A stretch of DNA of 64,000 nt. Source: Phycisphaerae bacterium (lineage in GTDB: Bacteria; Planctomycetota; Phycisphaerae; UBA1845; Fen-1342). The DNA lies in NCBI GenBank assembly GCA_963675745.2, contig CAXXWX010000010.1, positions 126,563 to 190,562 of the forward strand. The letters are read 5' to 3'. The notes beneath the pieces are model-generated. The model searched no databases, was not told where the DNA came from, and saw only the letters and a program-made list of their open reading frames with translations. Positions 26,922 through 36,997 of this stretch are shown here, in pieces. How positions within the stretch are numbered: the first letter of the stretch is position 1; every line of letters starts with the position of its first letter. The translations under genes and the position numbers were made by a program.

Positions 26922-28565
26922 TCACGGACGGAACCACTCGTGGCACGCGGCGCACCGCGGGTAGTCGGCCAGGTCGAGGCTCCGCTGCGCCGCCCGCAAG
27001 TCGCCGAGCGCCGCTGCCGACCAGACGCTCTTCAGATCCTGTGTGTGCCAGTTGCCCACGGGGTGGTCGCCGGTGACGTCCTGGTCGCACGCGGGCACGG
27101 TTCCGTCCGCGAGCAGCACCAGGCGCCGATCCAGCCGTCGGCATGCCTCGCGCACGGGGGGGGTTGTTTCCATCAGGTCGTCGGGAGGCAGCGCCCCGCC
27201 ATGCACGCTGTAGCCCTCGATCAGCGCCCAGCCGCCTGCGGGGATCCAGTGGTCGTAGAAACCCTCCATCTCGGCCAGCGTTGCGGCGCAGCGCGTCAGC
27301 GAGCAAGCGACAAGTGGCCGCGGCTTGCTCTGTTCGGTTCGGGCGCGCAGCAGGCGGTTGACGTTGGCCGTCACCTGGTCGTAGGTATCCCGGCCGTGTA
27401 CACGCATATAGCCCTTGCGGCTGTGTGCATCCATCCGGACCTGCACCAGATCAACCGGCACGCTGAACAGGCTCTCGAACTGCGTATCCGTCAGCTCGAC
27501 CAGCGATGTTCTGACCGCGAGCCCCAGCACGCCGGCGTCACGAATGATGCGGCAAACCTCCGCAAACCGTGGGTGCAGCAGTGGGTCACCGTGCCCGCCC
27601 AACACCACCAGGCGGTCATCATACTCGGCTAACTCGCCCGCGAGCTGAGCAATGCGATCCACGTCGGTGAGCTGTCGCGGCGGAACACGCGTGCCGCGCG
27701 GCCTGACGACGGTGTCCGGCAGTGGATCATCGGTGGTCAGCTCGAGCTCGATTTCGAGCGGCAGTGGGCCGGCCACGCCTTGCTCGTGTCCGCCCAGCCA
27801 TTCGCACAGAGCGACGGCGTCCGCATCTTCACCCAGAGCGTCAAAGGCCGCCGTAATCAGCTCGCGCGAACGCCGCGTATCGCCGGTCAGCCGCGCGGCG
27901 GTCTGTGAGAGCGCATTGGCAACCTGAAAGCAGGGGGGGCGGTTGAGCGGATCGCTCTGCGGAATCTCCGGCCGATAGGTGAGGCTGATACCCAACGGCA
28001 GGTTCTGTTCAATGAGCTCCTGGAGTTTGGCGCGTGTGAGGATCACGCCCGCCGTTCCCGGCGGCGCCTGCGAAAACGTGTAGGACGCCTCGGATTCGCG
28101 TTCTACATGCTGCTGTACCATCTGTGTGGCCAGTTGTGGGTCGAGCGTGGGCTGGTGACCATCAAGGCACAGGACCGCTTCGCAGCCGTAGTGTTCGGCC
28201 ACGTGCGCCACCAGCGGCGGATCCACGAACTCATCAAACCAGGTGGTCCCGAGAGGGCTTCCGCGCCAGGCGTGAATGTTCCAGATACGTCCGGCACTCA
28301 ACAGCTCGCGCCGCGGGTTGGGACGCGCGTTCAAGGCGAGCACTTCGATCCGCTCGCGCAAGCCGCAACCATCAACCGCGGCCGTTGCGGCCGGCACATC
28401 GCGCTCGCTTACGACCACGGCGCACTTGTGCAACCCCTCGACGCGCGCCAAGCGCGCAAGCGTGTGCTCAAGGACGGTGCGCGTACCGAGCGGCGTCGTA
28501 AGTTGCGCGCGGCCGCCCAGAAATGTGCGTTCGAAATCGGCAAAGACGGCGGCACAGATCTTCAT
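26922..28565 (-). CDS. Spiro-SPASM-like protein: cytidylyltransferase-like domain, degenerate radical-SAM barrel, SPASM/Twitch domain
   Basis: LGTRTVLEHTLARL N-terminus; PLEIELELTT with no CxxxCxxC; GGHGDPLLHP; C-terminal C..ADGTVPACDQD..CAACHEW. Confidence 0.75.
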   Translation of the reverse strand: MKICAAVFADFERTFLGGRAQLTTPLGTRTVLEHTLARLARVEGLHKCAVVVSERDVPAATAAVDGCGLRERIEVLALNARPNPRRELLSAGRIWNIHAWRGSPLGTTWFDEFVDPPLVAHVAEHYGCEAVLCLDGHQPTLDPQLATQMVQQHVERESEASYTFSQAPPGTAGVILTRAKLQELIEQNLPLGISLTYRPEIPQSDPLNRPPCFQVANALSQTAARLTGDTRRSRELITAAFDALGEDADAVALCEWLGGHEQGVAGPLPLEIELELTTDDPLPDTVVRPRGTRVPPRQLTDVDRIAQLAGELAEYDDRLVVLGGHGDPLLHPRFAEVCRIIRDAGVLGLAVRTSLVELTDTQFESLFSVPVDLVQVRMDAHSRKGYMRVHGRDTYDQVTANVNRLLRARTEQSKPRPLVACSLTRCAATLAEMEGFYDHWIPAGGWALIEGYSVHGGALPPDDLMETTPPVREACRRLDRRLVLLADGTVPACDQDVTGDHPVGNWHTQDLKSVWSAAALGDLRAAQRSLDLADYPRCAACHEWFRP

Positions 28566-30502
28566 GACATCCTCTCGCGCACGCGCTCAATCGACTCGGG
28601 CAGGATGCTCTCGAGGTACTCGCACCCCTCGATGAACGCGCTCACAAACTCACGGTCGCGTTTCAGCCGTCGCAGTGCGGTCTCCGCCGTCTCCTGTTTC
28701 ACCTCCCCCAATCGCCGATCGGCGGAGTAGCGGCGCAGCTCGGCGAGTTGCGAGACGCCCACGACCACCTTGTATGTCTGGTCGTATTTGCGAATGCGCG
28801 TGCGCGAATCATCGACGCGCGCGACCAGGCGATTGAACTCCCCCGGCTGCTCGACCAGGCCCTCCAGCCGCTGAAGCACGGTAACGGTCGCGCGCGCGAT
28901 CTCACGCATCGCGCGAACCTCATCCAGCCGCGTTTCGAGCTGGGCGATGGCCCGGTCTTTCAGCCCGGCTGGCGTTTCGCGCCCGGGCCCAATATCGAAG
29001 AGGTCGCGGGGAACGGCACGCGTGCAGAACTGCGCGCCGGCCTCGGCCAGTGTCATGATCTCCATGCCTTCAATCCGCATTCCGCCCTCGCAGGCATGGA
29101 TGATCCGCCGATCGCAGCGGGCGAAGTCCGACTCGAATTGCTCGGCGTATGTGAACATCTGATCGTCGGTGTACGCCGGTCGGCCGTGAATGTCCTCGGC
29201 GGGGCGCAGGATGCCGCGATTGCGCATCACGCGTTCCCACTGCTTCATTTCCAGTGTGTTGAACAGGCCCAGCTCCGGTTGCCACATGCGTTCCACCGGC
29301 ATGCCCGGGCTGTAATACAGCCCCTCGGTGAACGATAGATCCTGCCCGAGAAAGATGACCGGATCGCACCCCAGGTATTCCGCCAGGTAGAAGCACAGGT
29401 GCGCGACCGTCGAGCCACCCTTTATCGCGTCGTGCGGCGGCGCGTCGCGGCGCAGCAGATCCTCGTGCAGCCGATGCCGCAGGAGGTGCATGCGCCCCGG
29501 GAACAGGTCGGGCACATACCAGGTGGCCTTGGGCTCGGCGACCAGAATCGACCGGCCGACCTCGCTGATGCCGCGGAAGAACTGCGCCGAGATCTCGTTG
29601 TAATCCAGGCTGGTGACGAAGTGCGGGGGCATGCCACGGGCCAGCAGATTGCGGAACACCGTTTGGACCGCGATGACCACGGCCCGGTCGGACCAGTGCG
29701 GCAGTTGGTCGATGTTGCGCGCCAACGACGGTCCGGCCGCCACGACAATCGCGGGAAACCCGCGGGCCCGGTCCTTCAAGACTTCAACGCCGGGATTCGA
29801 AAGGTAGGCCGCCAGGTTGAAAGCGATGTTCTTGGTCGTCACGCGCGCGTTGCGCAGCACGGTGACAATCTGGACCTTGCCGAACGCGATATAGTCGGTG
29901 ATCAACTCGCGAATCTGTCCGTGAAACTGCACGTGGCAGCGCGTGCCGAACGGGGGGACCAGGTAGTGCAGCCCGAGCATGAGATCGGTGTTGATGCGCG
30001 TCAGTCGTTCGTGCAGGTGCGCCTTGTTGGCCATCGTTAGGAATGTCAGCCGCCCGTCCCCCAACGCCGCCGTCAGGTCAACCACGCAGAGTGCGGCCTT
30101 GATGAGCCGCAGGTCATCCTCGGCGACGATCAGCAGTGGGTGGTCATAACGCTCCTCCAGCGCTTCCAGGTGGTATCCGAGGCCTATCCCGGTCACCAGG
30201 AATGCGGGCAATTCGAGCGGCGGCTGGGCGTCAACCAGCCGCCGGGCTTCCTCGCGCGGGTGGTAACGGCTGTGGGCGTAAAGGCCGCGCTCGTCATCGG
30301 CGACCAGCTTGACGGTCAGGTTGCCGTCGCGCGTCCGCTCGAGCGGTGGAAGCTGTGCGAACGGCAGCTCGTCCACGCGCAGGGCCAGTTCCGGGTCGCT
30401 GCGATACAGCCGCGCCAGATTCGCCGCGTAGCATGACGTCAGGCGTTCGATCGAGCCGGCGTCTTTGGAGGCTTCGAGTTCCTTTTCAGCCATGCGCGCC
30501 AT
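28562..30502 (-). CDS. Motility accessory factor (Maf, DUF115/MptE-like) glycosyltransferase
   Basis: HSRYHPREEA, GIGLGYHL, IVVAAGPSLARNI, PHFVTSLD, GSTVAH..YLGCDPVIFLGQDL and EGGMRIEG. Confidence 0.85.
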   Translation of the reverse strand: MARMAEKELEASKDAGSIERLTSCYAANLARLYRSDPELALRVDELPFAQLPPLERTRDGNLTVKLVADDERGLYAHSRYHPREEARRLVDAQPPLELPAFLVTGIGLGYHLEALEERYDHPLLIVAEDDLRLIKAALCVVDLTAALGDGRLTFLTMANKAHLHERLTRINTDLMLGLHYLVPPFGTRCHVQFHGQIRELITDYIAFGKVQIVTVLRNARVTTKNIAFNLAAYLSNPGVEVLKDRARGFPAIVVAAGPSLARNIDQLPHWSDRAVVIAVQTVFRNLLARGMPPHFVTSLDYNEISAQFFRGISEVGRSILVAEPKATWYVPDLFPGRMHLLRHRLHEDLLRRDAPPHDAIKGGSTVAHLCFYLAEYLGCDPVIFLGQDLSFTEGLYYSPGMPVERMWQPELGLFNTLEMKQWERVMRNRGILRPAEDIHGRPAYTDDQMFTYAEQFESDFARCDRRIIHACEGGMRIEGMEIMTLAEAGAQFCTRAVPRDLFDIGPGRETPAGLKDRAIAQLETRLDEVRAMREIARATVTVLQRLEGLVEQPGEFNRLVARVDDSRTRIRKYDQTYKVVVGVSQLAELRRYSADRRLGEVKQETAETALRRLKRDREFVSAFIEGCEYLESILPESIERVRERMS

Positions 30503-30757
30503 TGACCCGCCTGGACCCCGCGTCGTCAAGGGCAAAAGCCATACATCATCACGCGCATGATCGGCGCCGCGGGGCCGGCGACCGCCTGATCCGCGTATTC
30601 GACGTGGGGAAATTCCCGCCCGATTTCCACTCAAAGGAATCCGCCGTCCTGCCGATGGGATATACGTCGTATTCTCTCACATGACGCCGCACGGGGCGTG
30701 TGCGCAGTGCGCCCGATCATTAGTCACTGCCAGAGACGACCGCTGGAGATCAACGCG

Positions 30758-31036
30758 ATGACGACGGGAACGCCGACGGCCGGATGCATGCCGGTCACCA
30801 ACGTGGGTGCCACGATACCTTTTGACGCGATTACCACGCCGGGCGCTTATGTGTGCGACTGGAGCGGTCACCTGTTGCGTGTTCCTGAAGAAGGCGTGTC
30901 GCCGAGCTGCACACCGATGATCAACATCATCGGCAACGCGCCACTGACCGTGACCAAGATCAGCGACAACCCGTTTCTGACAATCAGCAAAGCGAAGCTG
31001 ATCGCGTCGAATTACCACCTCAACGTTGATTTCTAG
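30758..31036 (+). CDS. Small hypothetical protein
   Basis: GGAG RBS, non-shadow-like composition (IPFDAITTPGAYVCDWSGHLLRVP), followed by a terminator. Confidence 0.7.
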   Translation: MTTGTPTAGCMPVTNVGATIPFDAITTPGAYVCDWSGHLLRVPEEGVSPSCTPMINIIGNAPLTVTKISDNPFLTISKAKLIASNYHLNVDF

Positions 31037-31074
31037 ACACAGTCCTTCGCCACAGGCTCCCCAGCTGTGGAGTG

Positions 31075-31109
31075 GCCGGACGCAGGTTGGATCGCGTCCG
31101 GCTCTTTTT
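31075..31109 (+). terminator. Rho-independent terminator
   Basis: GCCGGACGC / GCGTCCGGC stem followed by TCTTTTT. Confidence 0.75.
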
Positions 31110-31130
31110 ATGCGCGCCGAGCCCGTCTCG

Positions 31131-31605
31131 GCGACGCCGAACGAGCCGGGGGCCGGCGCCTTGGCGGTTCACGTACGACGGCCTCGGCCGGCTGATCGAG
31201 GCCTTGACGCCGCGCCGGTGTCCGCTGAGTGTCCGTTTTTGGGAGTCCAAAACAGTAAAAACCGTGTGAGAGTAGTAAACCACGGAGACTCGCCAAATCC
31301 CGATAGCCACGCGATGTAAGCCGTAAGTGGCGCTCCAGGAACAACTTAGCAACACGGGCCCGATCGAATCCCGCCCACTCCGATTACGTTTTGGGAACGC
31401 CAACCGCAGCGCGAAATGCCCGCACCGGGCATGACTCGCCGGCGTGATTCCGAGCTTGCCTCGCGCCAACGATGCTCCGTCGATCTGGTGCCCAAGGGGG
31501 TTCAATTCCATGGCACGCCGTCGGATCGCGAAGATCGTGTACAATTGGCACACGTCCGCGTCGGCGTGGAACGCCACGGCGACGGTGCCGTGGGACCCGA
31601 ACGCC
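31131..31605 (+). pseudogene. Rhs/YD-repeat core relics
   Basis: WRFTYDGLGRLIEA at ~31160-31203 is near-identical in DNA to 51511-51580 on the opposite strand. RRRIAKIVYNW..WDPN at ~31516-31605 is also Rhs-like but a weaker match. Confidence 0.55.
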
Positions 31606-32509
31606 GGCTGGGCCATGGCCTGCAGCCGTTTGTTGGCGCCGATGCCGAACGTGTACGTCAGTCGGTTTTTCTCGCAGATTTTGTACATCGATGGCACGCC
31701 GAAGCCGCTGTCGCCGCGAACGTGAATCGCAAGGTCGCCGCGGGCGGCGTGCAGACGCTCGACCACGAATTCCAGGTCATCGTCGGCACCGTGAGCGGCG
31801 TGCACACTGCCCGGCCGCAGGGTGGCGTAGAACACGTGCTGCGTGGTCGGCTCGCTGATCACGATCGGGAAGTACTGGTGTTGCTCGTAGTAGCCGTGGA
31901 ACAACGCCAATTGCTGCTGCCCGTGCGCCGGATCGTCGGTGGCGTCGAGATCGAGCGTGAGGCGATCGGGCAGTTGGCCTTCGTTCTTCTCGCGCAGCCG
32001 CTCGATCCCGGTCGCGACCAGGAAGTCGAGCGTTTGCCACAGCGTGTCGATCGTGACGGCGTTCTCGAAACGCGATAGCGTGGGCTGGCTGGCGAGCGGA
32101 TCGTCTTCGGGCAATCGATCGGCGACGATCTTGAAGATCGGATCATCACGGAGCGTGTCGTGATCATTGCAGTCTTCGTAGTCGGCCAGGATTCCGTAGA
32201 GCCGCTGCCGCAGCATCTCGAGTTGCGTGTGCCGCGGCTCATGGCGATCGTCACGTAACCCCGCCGCCAGCCGCTGCGTAAACCGAAGCCGCTGATCCAA
32301 CTGGCGAACCGGCAACAGCCCGGCGTCCGACGAGATTTGGCCGACATGACGCTGGACAACCAACTTGCGATCGGCGAAAAACGGCAACGACAACTGAGCA
32401 TCACTGTGTTCAAACACCGGCGGCCTCCGTGCACGGTTCAACTCGTTCGGGCAAAACAAGTTAAACCACACGAAGGCCGCTCTTTCAACTCAACCGTGAA
32501 TAATCCGGG
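31600..32509 (-). mobile_element. IS1380-family element, truncated (left end and 5' part of the transposase)
   Basis: Transposase from GTG 32417: ISSDAGLL, DYEDCNDHDTLRDDP, ASQPTLSRFEN, LDLDATDD.AHG.Q and VRGDSGF. Terminal sequence CCCGGATTATTCAC at 32509-32496. Homology stops near 31600 and I found no matching right IR. Confidence 0.88.
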
Positions 32510-32708
32510 TTAGTGTCGTTTTCGGTCGAGCGTCTCGCGCGTGCGGCGTAGCGGCCTGCGCCCCGCAGGCGGTCGCTGTGGAACAGTGTCACCGACAGCC
32601 CAAGGCCGCCGTTGTGACGCAGCGTTCCCGACACCGGGCGGCCGGCTAGGCGCCGGGCTTCAGCTCCCCCTCTGGACCCGTGCGCCGAAATCCACTATCA
32701 AACGACAC

Positions 32709-34151
32709 ATGTTCACGCAGACTATCGCCAGCACAATGACCGCCGCCGCCAGCTCCGTGCCCGCGCATGCAGATGAAGCCTCACGGATCTTGATCCAGAA
32801 TCCCGCGGGCGTTCTGGCCGCACTGCTGACCTGTCTGGCGGTGATTTTCTGGCTCACTCAGCACCGGGTCTTCGGCAAAGTCTTCAAGGTTGTGCCGGCA
32901 CTGGTCTTCTGCTACTTCGTGCCGACAACGCTGACCTCGCTGAGCATCATCCCCGCCGAGTCGCCGCTGTATAAGTGGATCAAGGCATTCGTGCTGCCCG
33001 CCGCCCTGTTGCTGCTGATCCTCGCGCTTGACGTACCCGGAATCCTGCGGCTGGGCCCCAAGGCAATCATCATGCTGCTGGCCGGGACGACCGGCGTGGT
33101 TCTGGGCGCGCCGTTGGCCCTGCTGATCTGCAAGGGCATATTGCCTCCCGACGCTTGGCGCGGCATGACGGCGCTGTCCGGAAGCTGGATCGGTGGGGGC
33201 GCCAACTTTGTTGCGCTGGGCGATATCGCCGGCGCAAGCAGCAGCATGATGGCCATCATGGTCATTCCCGATGTGCTGGTTGCCAGTATCTGGATGGGTG
33301 TGTTGCTGTACCTGTCCGGGCAACAACACACGATTGATCGCTGGACCGGGGCAAATGCCGCCGCGATTCGCGACCTGGAGACCCGACTCACCGACTTCCA
33401 GGAGCGCGTCAACCGCGTTCCCAGTCTGCCCGACCTGATGATCATCGTGGCGTTCGGTTTCGGAGTGAGCTGGATCAGCTACGCGCTCGGCGTACGGCTG
33501 TTTGACGAGACCTTCGGGTACATGCAATACGTCGCCGCGGACATTGTGGCCAACCCCGCGGACCTGGCGCCCATGAAGCCGCACCAAGTCAACGCGGCCG
33601 TCGTGGCGGCCTTGAAGGCGGATGCTGGAGCACTCGACGCACTGTCGGTCTGGCAGCGAATGTGGTTCGAAACGTCGCGGTTCCTGGCGGTCAATATCGG
33701 CTCGGGCACGTGGAAGTACGTATTGCTGACCACAATCGGCGTGGGCCTTTCATTCACGCCGGCGCGCAATCTTGAAGGCGCCGGTGCGTCGAAGATTGGC
33801 TCGGTGCTGTTGTACCTGCTGGTGGCGTGTATCGGAGCCTCGGCCGATTTCCGCGAGATCATCAAGCAGCCGCCTTATATCGCGATGGCGGCAATCTGGA
33901 TGTCCGTGCATATAGGCTTGCTGCTGTTGGTCGCCTGGCTGATCCGCGCGCCGATTTTCTTTGTTGCCGTCGGGTCGCAGGCGAATATTGGCGGGGCGGC
34001 CAGCGCGCCGGTCGTGGCGGCGGCGTTCCACCCCTCTCTGGCCCCCGTCGGCGCGTTACTCGCCGTCGCCGGATATGTGCTTGGCACCTACGCCGGCCTG
34101 GTCTGCATGCGGATGCTGATGGCGGTCGCGGGAGCCGCCCCCCCCGGCTGA
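32709..34151 (+). CDS. DUF819 family integral membrane protein
   Basis: GSWIGGGANF and SQANIGGAASAPVVAAAF; multiple TM helices. Confidence 0.85.
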   Translation: MFTQTIASTMTAAASSVPAHADEASRILIQNPAGVLAALLTCLAVIFWLTQHRVFGKVFKVVPALVFCYFVPTTLTSLSIIPAESPLYKWIKAFVLPAALLLLILALDVPGILRLGPKAIIMLLAGTTGVVLGAPLALLICKGILPPDAWRGMTALSGSWIGGGANFVALGDIAGASSSMMAIMVIPDVLVASIWMGVLLYLSGQQHTIDRWTGANAAAIRDLETRLTDFQERVNRVPSLPDLMIIVAFGFGVSWISYALGVRLFDETFGYMQYVAADIVANPADLAPMKPHQVNAAVVAALKADAGALDALSVWQRMWFETSRFLAVNIGSGTWKYVLLTTIGVGLSFTPARNLEGAGASKIGSVLLYLLVACIGASADFREIIKQPPYIAMAAIWMSVHIGLLLLVAWLIRAPIFFVAVGSQANIGGAASAPVVAAAFHPSLAPVGALLAVAGYVLGTYAGLVCMRMLMAVAGAAPPG

Positions 34152-34193
34152 CCCGCGCAGTTGATCTGTTCCCAGTTCCCCGTTCCCGACCCC

Positions 34194-34916
34194 TCAATAC
34201 ATATCCTGCGCGCCCTGGGTGGCCGGGTCGAGCGCGCCCAACTCGACCAGTGCGGTCTGGGCGGCCTTTTGCTCAGCCTCCTTCTTGTTTGGCCCCCAGG
34301 CGCTGGTGAACTGCCGGGCGCGAATGCAAACCGCCACCTCAAAGCACTTGCTGTGGTCGGGGCCTTTCTCATCCAGCAATTCGTATTGGGGCGCCGAGTT
34401 GAAGTGGCGCTGCGCGTGCTGTTGAAGCTGTGATTTGAAATTGAACTGGTGTTCGGAGCGCGTGGCGCGCTCGATCTCCGCCGACATGTTCGCCAGGATG
34501 AAACGTCGGGCCGGAACCAGGCCACCGTCCATGAAGATGGCGCCGACGAACGACTCAAAGACACCGGCGGCGAGCGATTTCGGCAGGATCTCGCCGAGGC
34601 GCATCCCCTGCCCCAGAATCAGCGGTTCCGTCAGCCGCAGCTTGTCCGCGACTGACGCGCAAACGCGGCGAGAGACGACGGCGGATTTGATCTTGGTGAG
34701 CTCGCCTTCCAGCGCCTCCGGCAATCGCTGATAAACGGCCTGACAGACCACCAGCCCCAGAACCGCATCGCCGAGGAATTCCAGCCGCTCGTTACTGTCT
34801 TTGCGGTGGTCGGCCGAAGACGCGTGCGTCATGGCCTCGCGCAAGAGACGCATGTCTGAAAAGGTATACCCGGCCCGCTCCTGGAGATCCTGTAACGCCT
34901 TACCATTACTACACAT
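34194..34916 (-). CDS. rnc: Ribonuclease III
   Basis: NERLEFLGDAVL signature; dsRBD NFKSQLQ..GPDH..KKEAEQKAA. Confidence 0.97.
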   Translation of the reverse strand: MCSNGKALQDLQERAGYTFSDMRLLREAMTHASSADHRKDSNERLEFLGDAVLGLVVCQAVYQRLPEALEGELTKIKSAVVSRRVCASVADKLRLTEPLILGQGMRLGEILPKSLAAGVFESFVGAIFMDGGLVPARRFILANMSAEIERATRSEHQFNFKSQLQQHAQRHFNSAPQYELLDEKGPDHSKCFEVAVCIRARQFTSAWGPNKKEAEQKAAQTALVELGALDPATQGAQDMY

Positions 34917-35214
34917 ACAGCCCTTTCATACGGCGACCGCCGTCGCAAGACGTCCCGTATCCTGCTGATGGGCGAGGCGTGTTGCGGCAACGATGGCTCA
35001 GCGAGACGCGCCCGCGGCGCGAAGTGAAACCGCTATCAGTAATCGTCAAGTATACACGATCGGCTCAACGCGTTCACAGCGAAAAACTCCCACCGCCCCC
35101 GGGCCGGCCGCGCGTTCTCCCCCGGCCGGCCCCTTGGAATTCTGCCGCTCGGGTGGTATAGTTGCCGGACTGGCGCCAGGTTGTGCCTGATGGGTGAATT
35201 CGACGGAGTCAGAT

Positions 35215-35439
35215 ATGTCAGTTGATCGTACATTACGGATACAGAGCTCGCTGGCACGTCATCGCAACGTGCTGTCGCGTGCCGAGCGCGTCGCGAAACT
35301 CGAGGCGCAGGAGCTCTGGACCGAGGATGCAACCGTCCTGAGCATGCCGAAGGTCGCCAATCGCAAGGTCAAGGCCGGCAAGAAGAAATCAAAGAAGGAA
35401 GAAGCCGCAACGGAAGAGGCCGCCAAGTCAAACGACTAG
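35215..35439 (+). CDS. PVC-superphylum small basic protein
   Basis: MSVDRTL..SLARHRNVLSRAERV..L...W....LSMPKV with a Lys-rich tail. Confidence 0.85.
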   Translation: MSVDRTLRIQSSLARHRNVLSRAERVAKLEAQELWTEDATVLSMPKVANRKVKAGKKKSKKEEAATEEAAKSND

Positions 35440-35843
35440 GCCGGCCGCCGTGGCCTTGCCCGATTGCGAACACGCGGGCAGCCTAACGGCCACGTTGGGT
35501 GCGCGTTGTGGCCGCGCCCTGTTGCCGCGCCGGTTACAACCGCATCGGCGATGGTGCCAAAAACGAAATCCCCGAACCAAAGCGCGATTCACTCGTATGA
35601 TACGTCGCGGCGCGTCCGTGCGGTTGGCGTGTGCGCGACGGCAGCCAATGCCCGTTAACTACTGTCACAACAATACTTACAATCGCGGCCCCACACCACG
35701 GCGCGTCCCGTGGACGGGTGCCTTGCCACCGAGATCAGTTGCGACGCTTGAATGGACTGAGAATTCTGTCGGCTAATACACCAGCACGGCGTCCCGCACC
35801 CGACGCGAGTTCGGACGATCGCGCCCGCGCGCAGCGACCACGT

Positions 35844-36821
35844 TCACCCCACCTCGCGTGTCTGAAAGAGCGCCACGCCCAGGAACATGATCCCCAGGGC
35901 GTAGACGGCCGCATAGCCCGACGTCTGAAGCACCAGCGTGACGGGGATCGCCTGCTCCTGCGTCAGAGCATCACCAACCCAGAAGAACTGGAAGTTGGGC
36001 AGAACGGAGTAAACCAGGGCGTAGACGAATGCCTCGTCCTGATGCTGGCCGGCGTAATAGTCGGAGAGCAGGCCCAGCAGCAGGATCCCCACGCACATCA
36101 TCAGCGTCACGACCTGGCTGAAGCGCGTGGACAAGGCCACGGCAAACGCCGTCAGGATCAGCACGGCACAGAACATCATCAGGACGGCATAAATCAGTTG
36201 CATATCGTGCAGGTCGGTCCAGGGCGGCTGGATTTCCCACTTCGAGCTGACACACATGACCAGCCCAAACGCCAGCGTCGTGGTCGGCACCGCCCAGGAC
36301 GTCAGCGTGGTAAAAAAGTTCCAACCGTAGAAGTAATTGCAGAACCCGCCGGCCAGGATGCTGATACCGACGGCAGACAGGCCGAATACCCAAACCGGCT
36401 GATCGTAGGGATCGGAGACGGTTTCGATGGTGCCGTGCCGGGCCGCAAGCAGGAAGAACAACGACACCACGTAGAATCCGACCAGGATCGCGAGTACGAC
36501 GCCGAGGTACTTACCCAGCAGGAACAGCCAGCGCCCCACCGGCTTGGATACCACAGTCAGGACCGTCTGCGACTCTATTTCACGCGTGATCACGCCCGTC
36601 GCGCTGAAGACGGCGGCCAGCAGACCATAGAGCAGCATGGTGGCCAACGAAACGTCTTTCATGACCTTGGCATCGTTCCCGATTTCGAGCGAGAAGCCGG
36701 CCACGCTGGGGCTGACGAACGCCACCCAGAACGCCGCCACCCAGATCAGGATGTTGTAAATGGGCTGGCGCACCGTTTCGGTGAACGTGTTAATGACAAT
36801 GGCGAGCAGCTTTTCTACCAT
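35844..36821 (-). CDS. ABC-2-type transporter permease
   Basis: IVINTFTETVRQP, REIESQTVLTVVSKPVGR..FLLGKYLG and LFQTREVG. Confidence 0.85.
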   Translation of the reverse strand: MVEKLLAIVINTFTETVRQPIYNILIWVAAFWVAFVSPSVAGFSLEIGNDAKVMKDVSLATMLLYGLLAAVFSATGVITREIESQTVLTVVSKPVGRWLFLLGKYLGVVLAILVGFYVVSLFFLLAARHGTIETVSDPYDQPVWVFGLSAVGISILAGGFCNYFYGWNFFTTLTSWAVPTTTLAFGLVMCVSSKWEIQPPWTDLHDMQLIYAVLMMFCAVLILTAFAVALSTRFSQVVTLMMCVGILLLGLLSDYYAGQHQDEAFVYALVYSVLPNFQFFWVGDALTQEQAIPVTLVLQTSGYAAVYALGIMFLGVALFQTREVG

Positions 36822-36997
36822 TTGCAGGCTCTCGAATTACGGTCGGCGTCATCCCACCCGGGTCGGCGAGGTTTGACGAACGGCGTCGATCATGATCCTA
36901 TTATGCGAGCGCCATCGAGAATGGACAAGCTAGCGTACGTTCGGCGAGCATTGCAGTTCGAGAATCGAGAGATAAGCAGACCGCAAGAGGGAACCCG

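Noticed and set aside
31020..31600. C-terminal part of the 483-aa 'transposase' ORF
   Set aside because: Read-through into unrelated DNA after the IS truncation.
35440..35840. Possible ncRNA in the 400-bp intergenic gap
   Set aside because: Only short GC stems; no tRNA, tmRNA, RNase P, SRP or riboswitch signature recognised.
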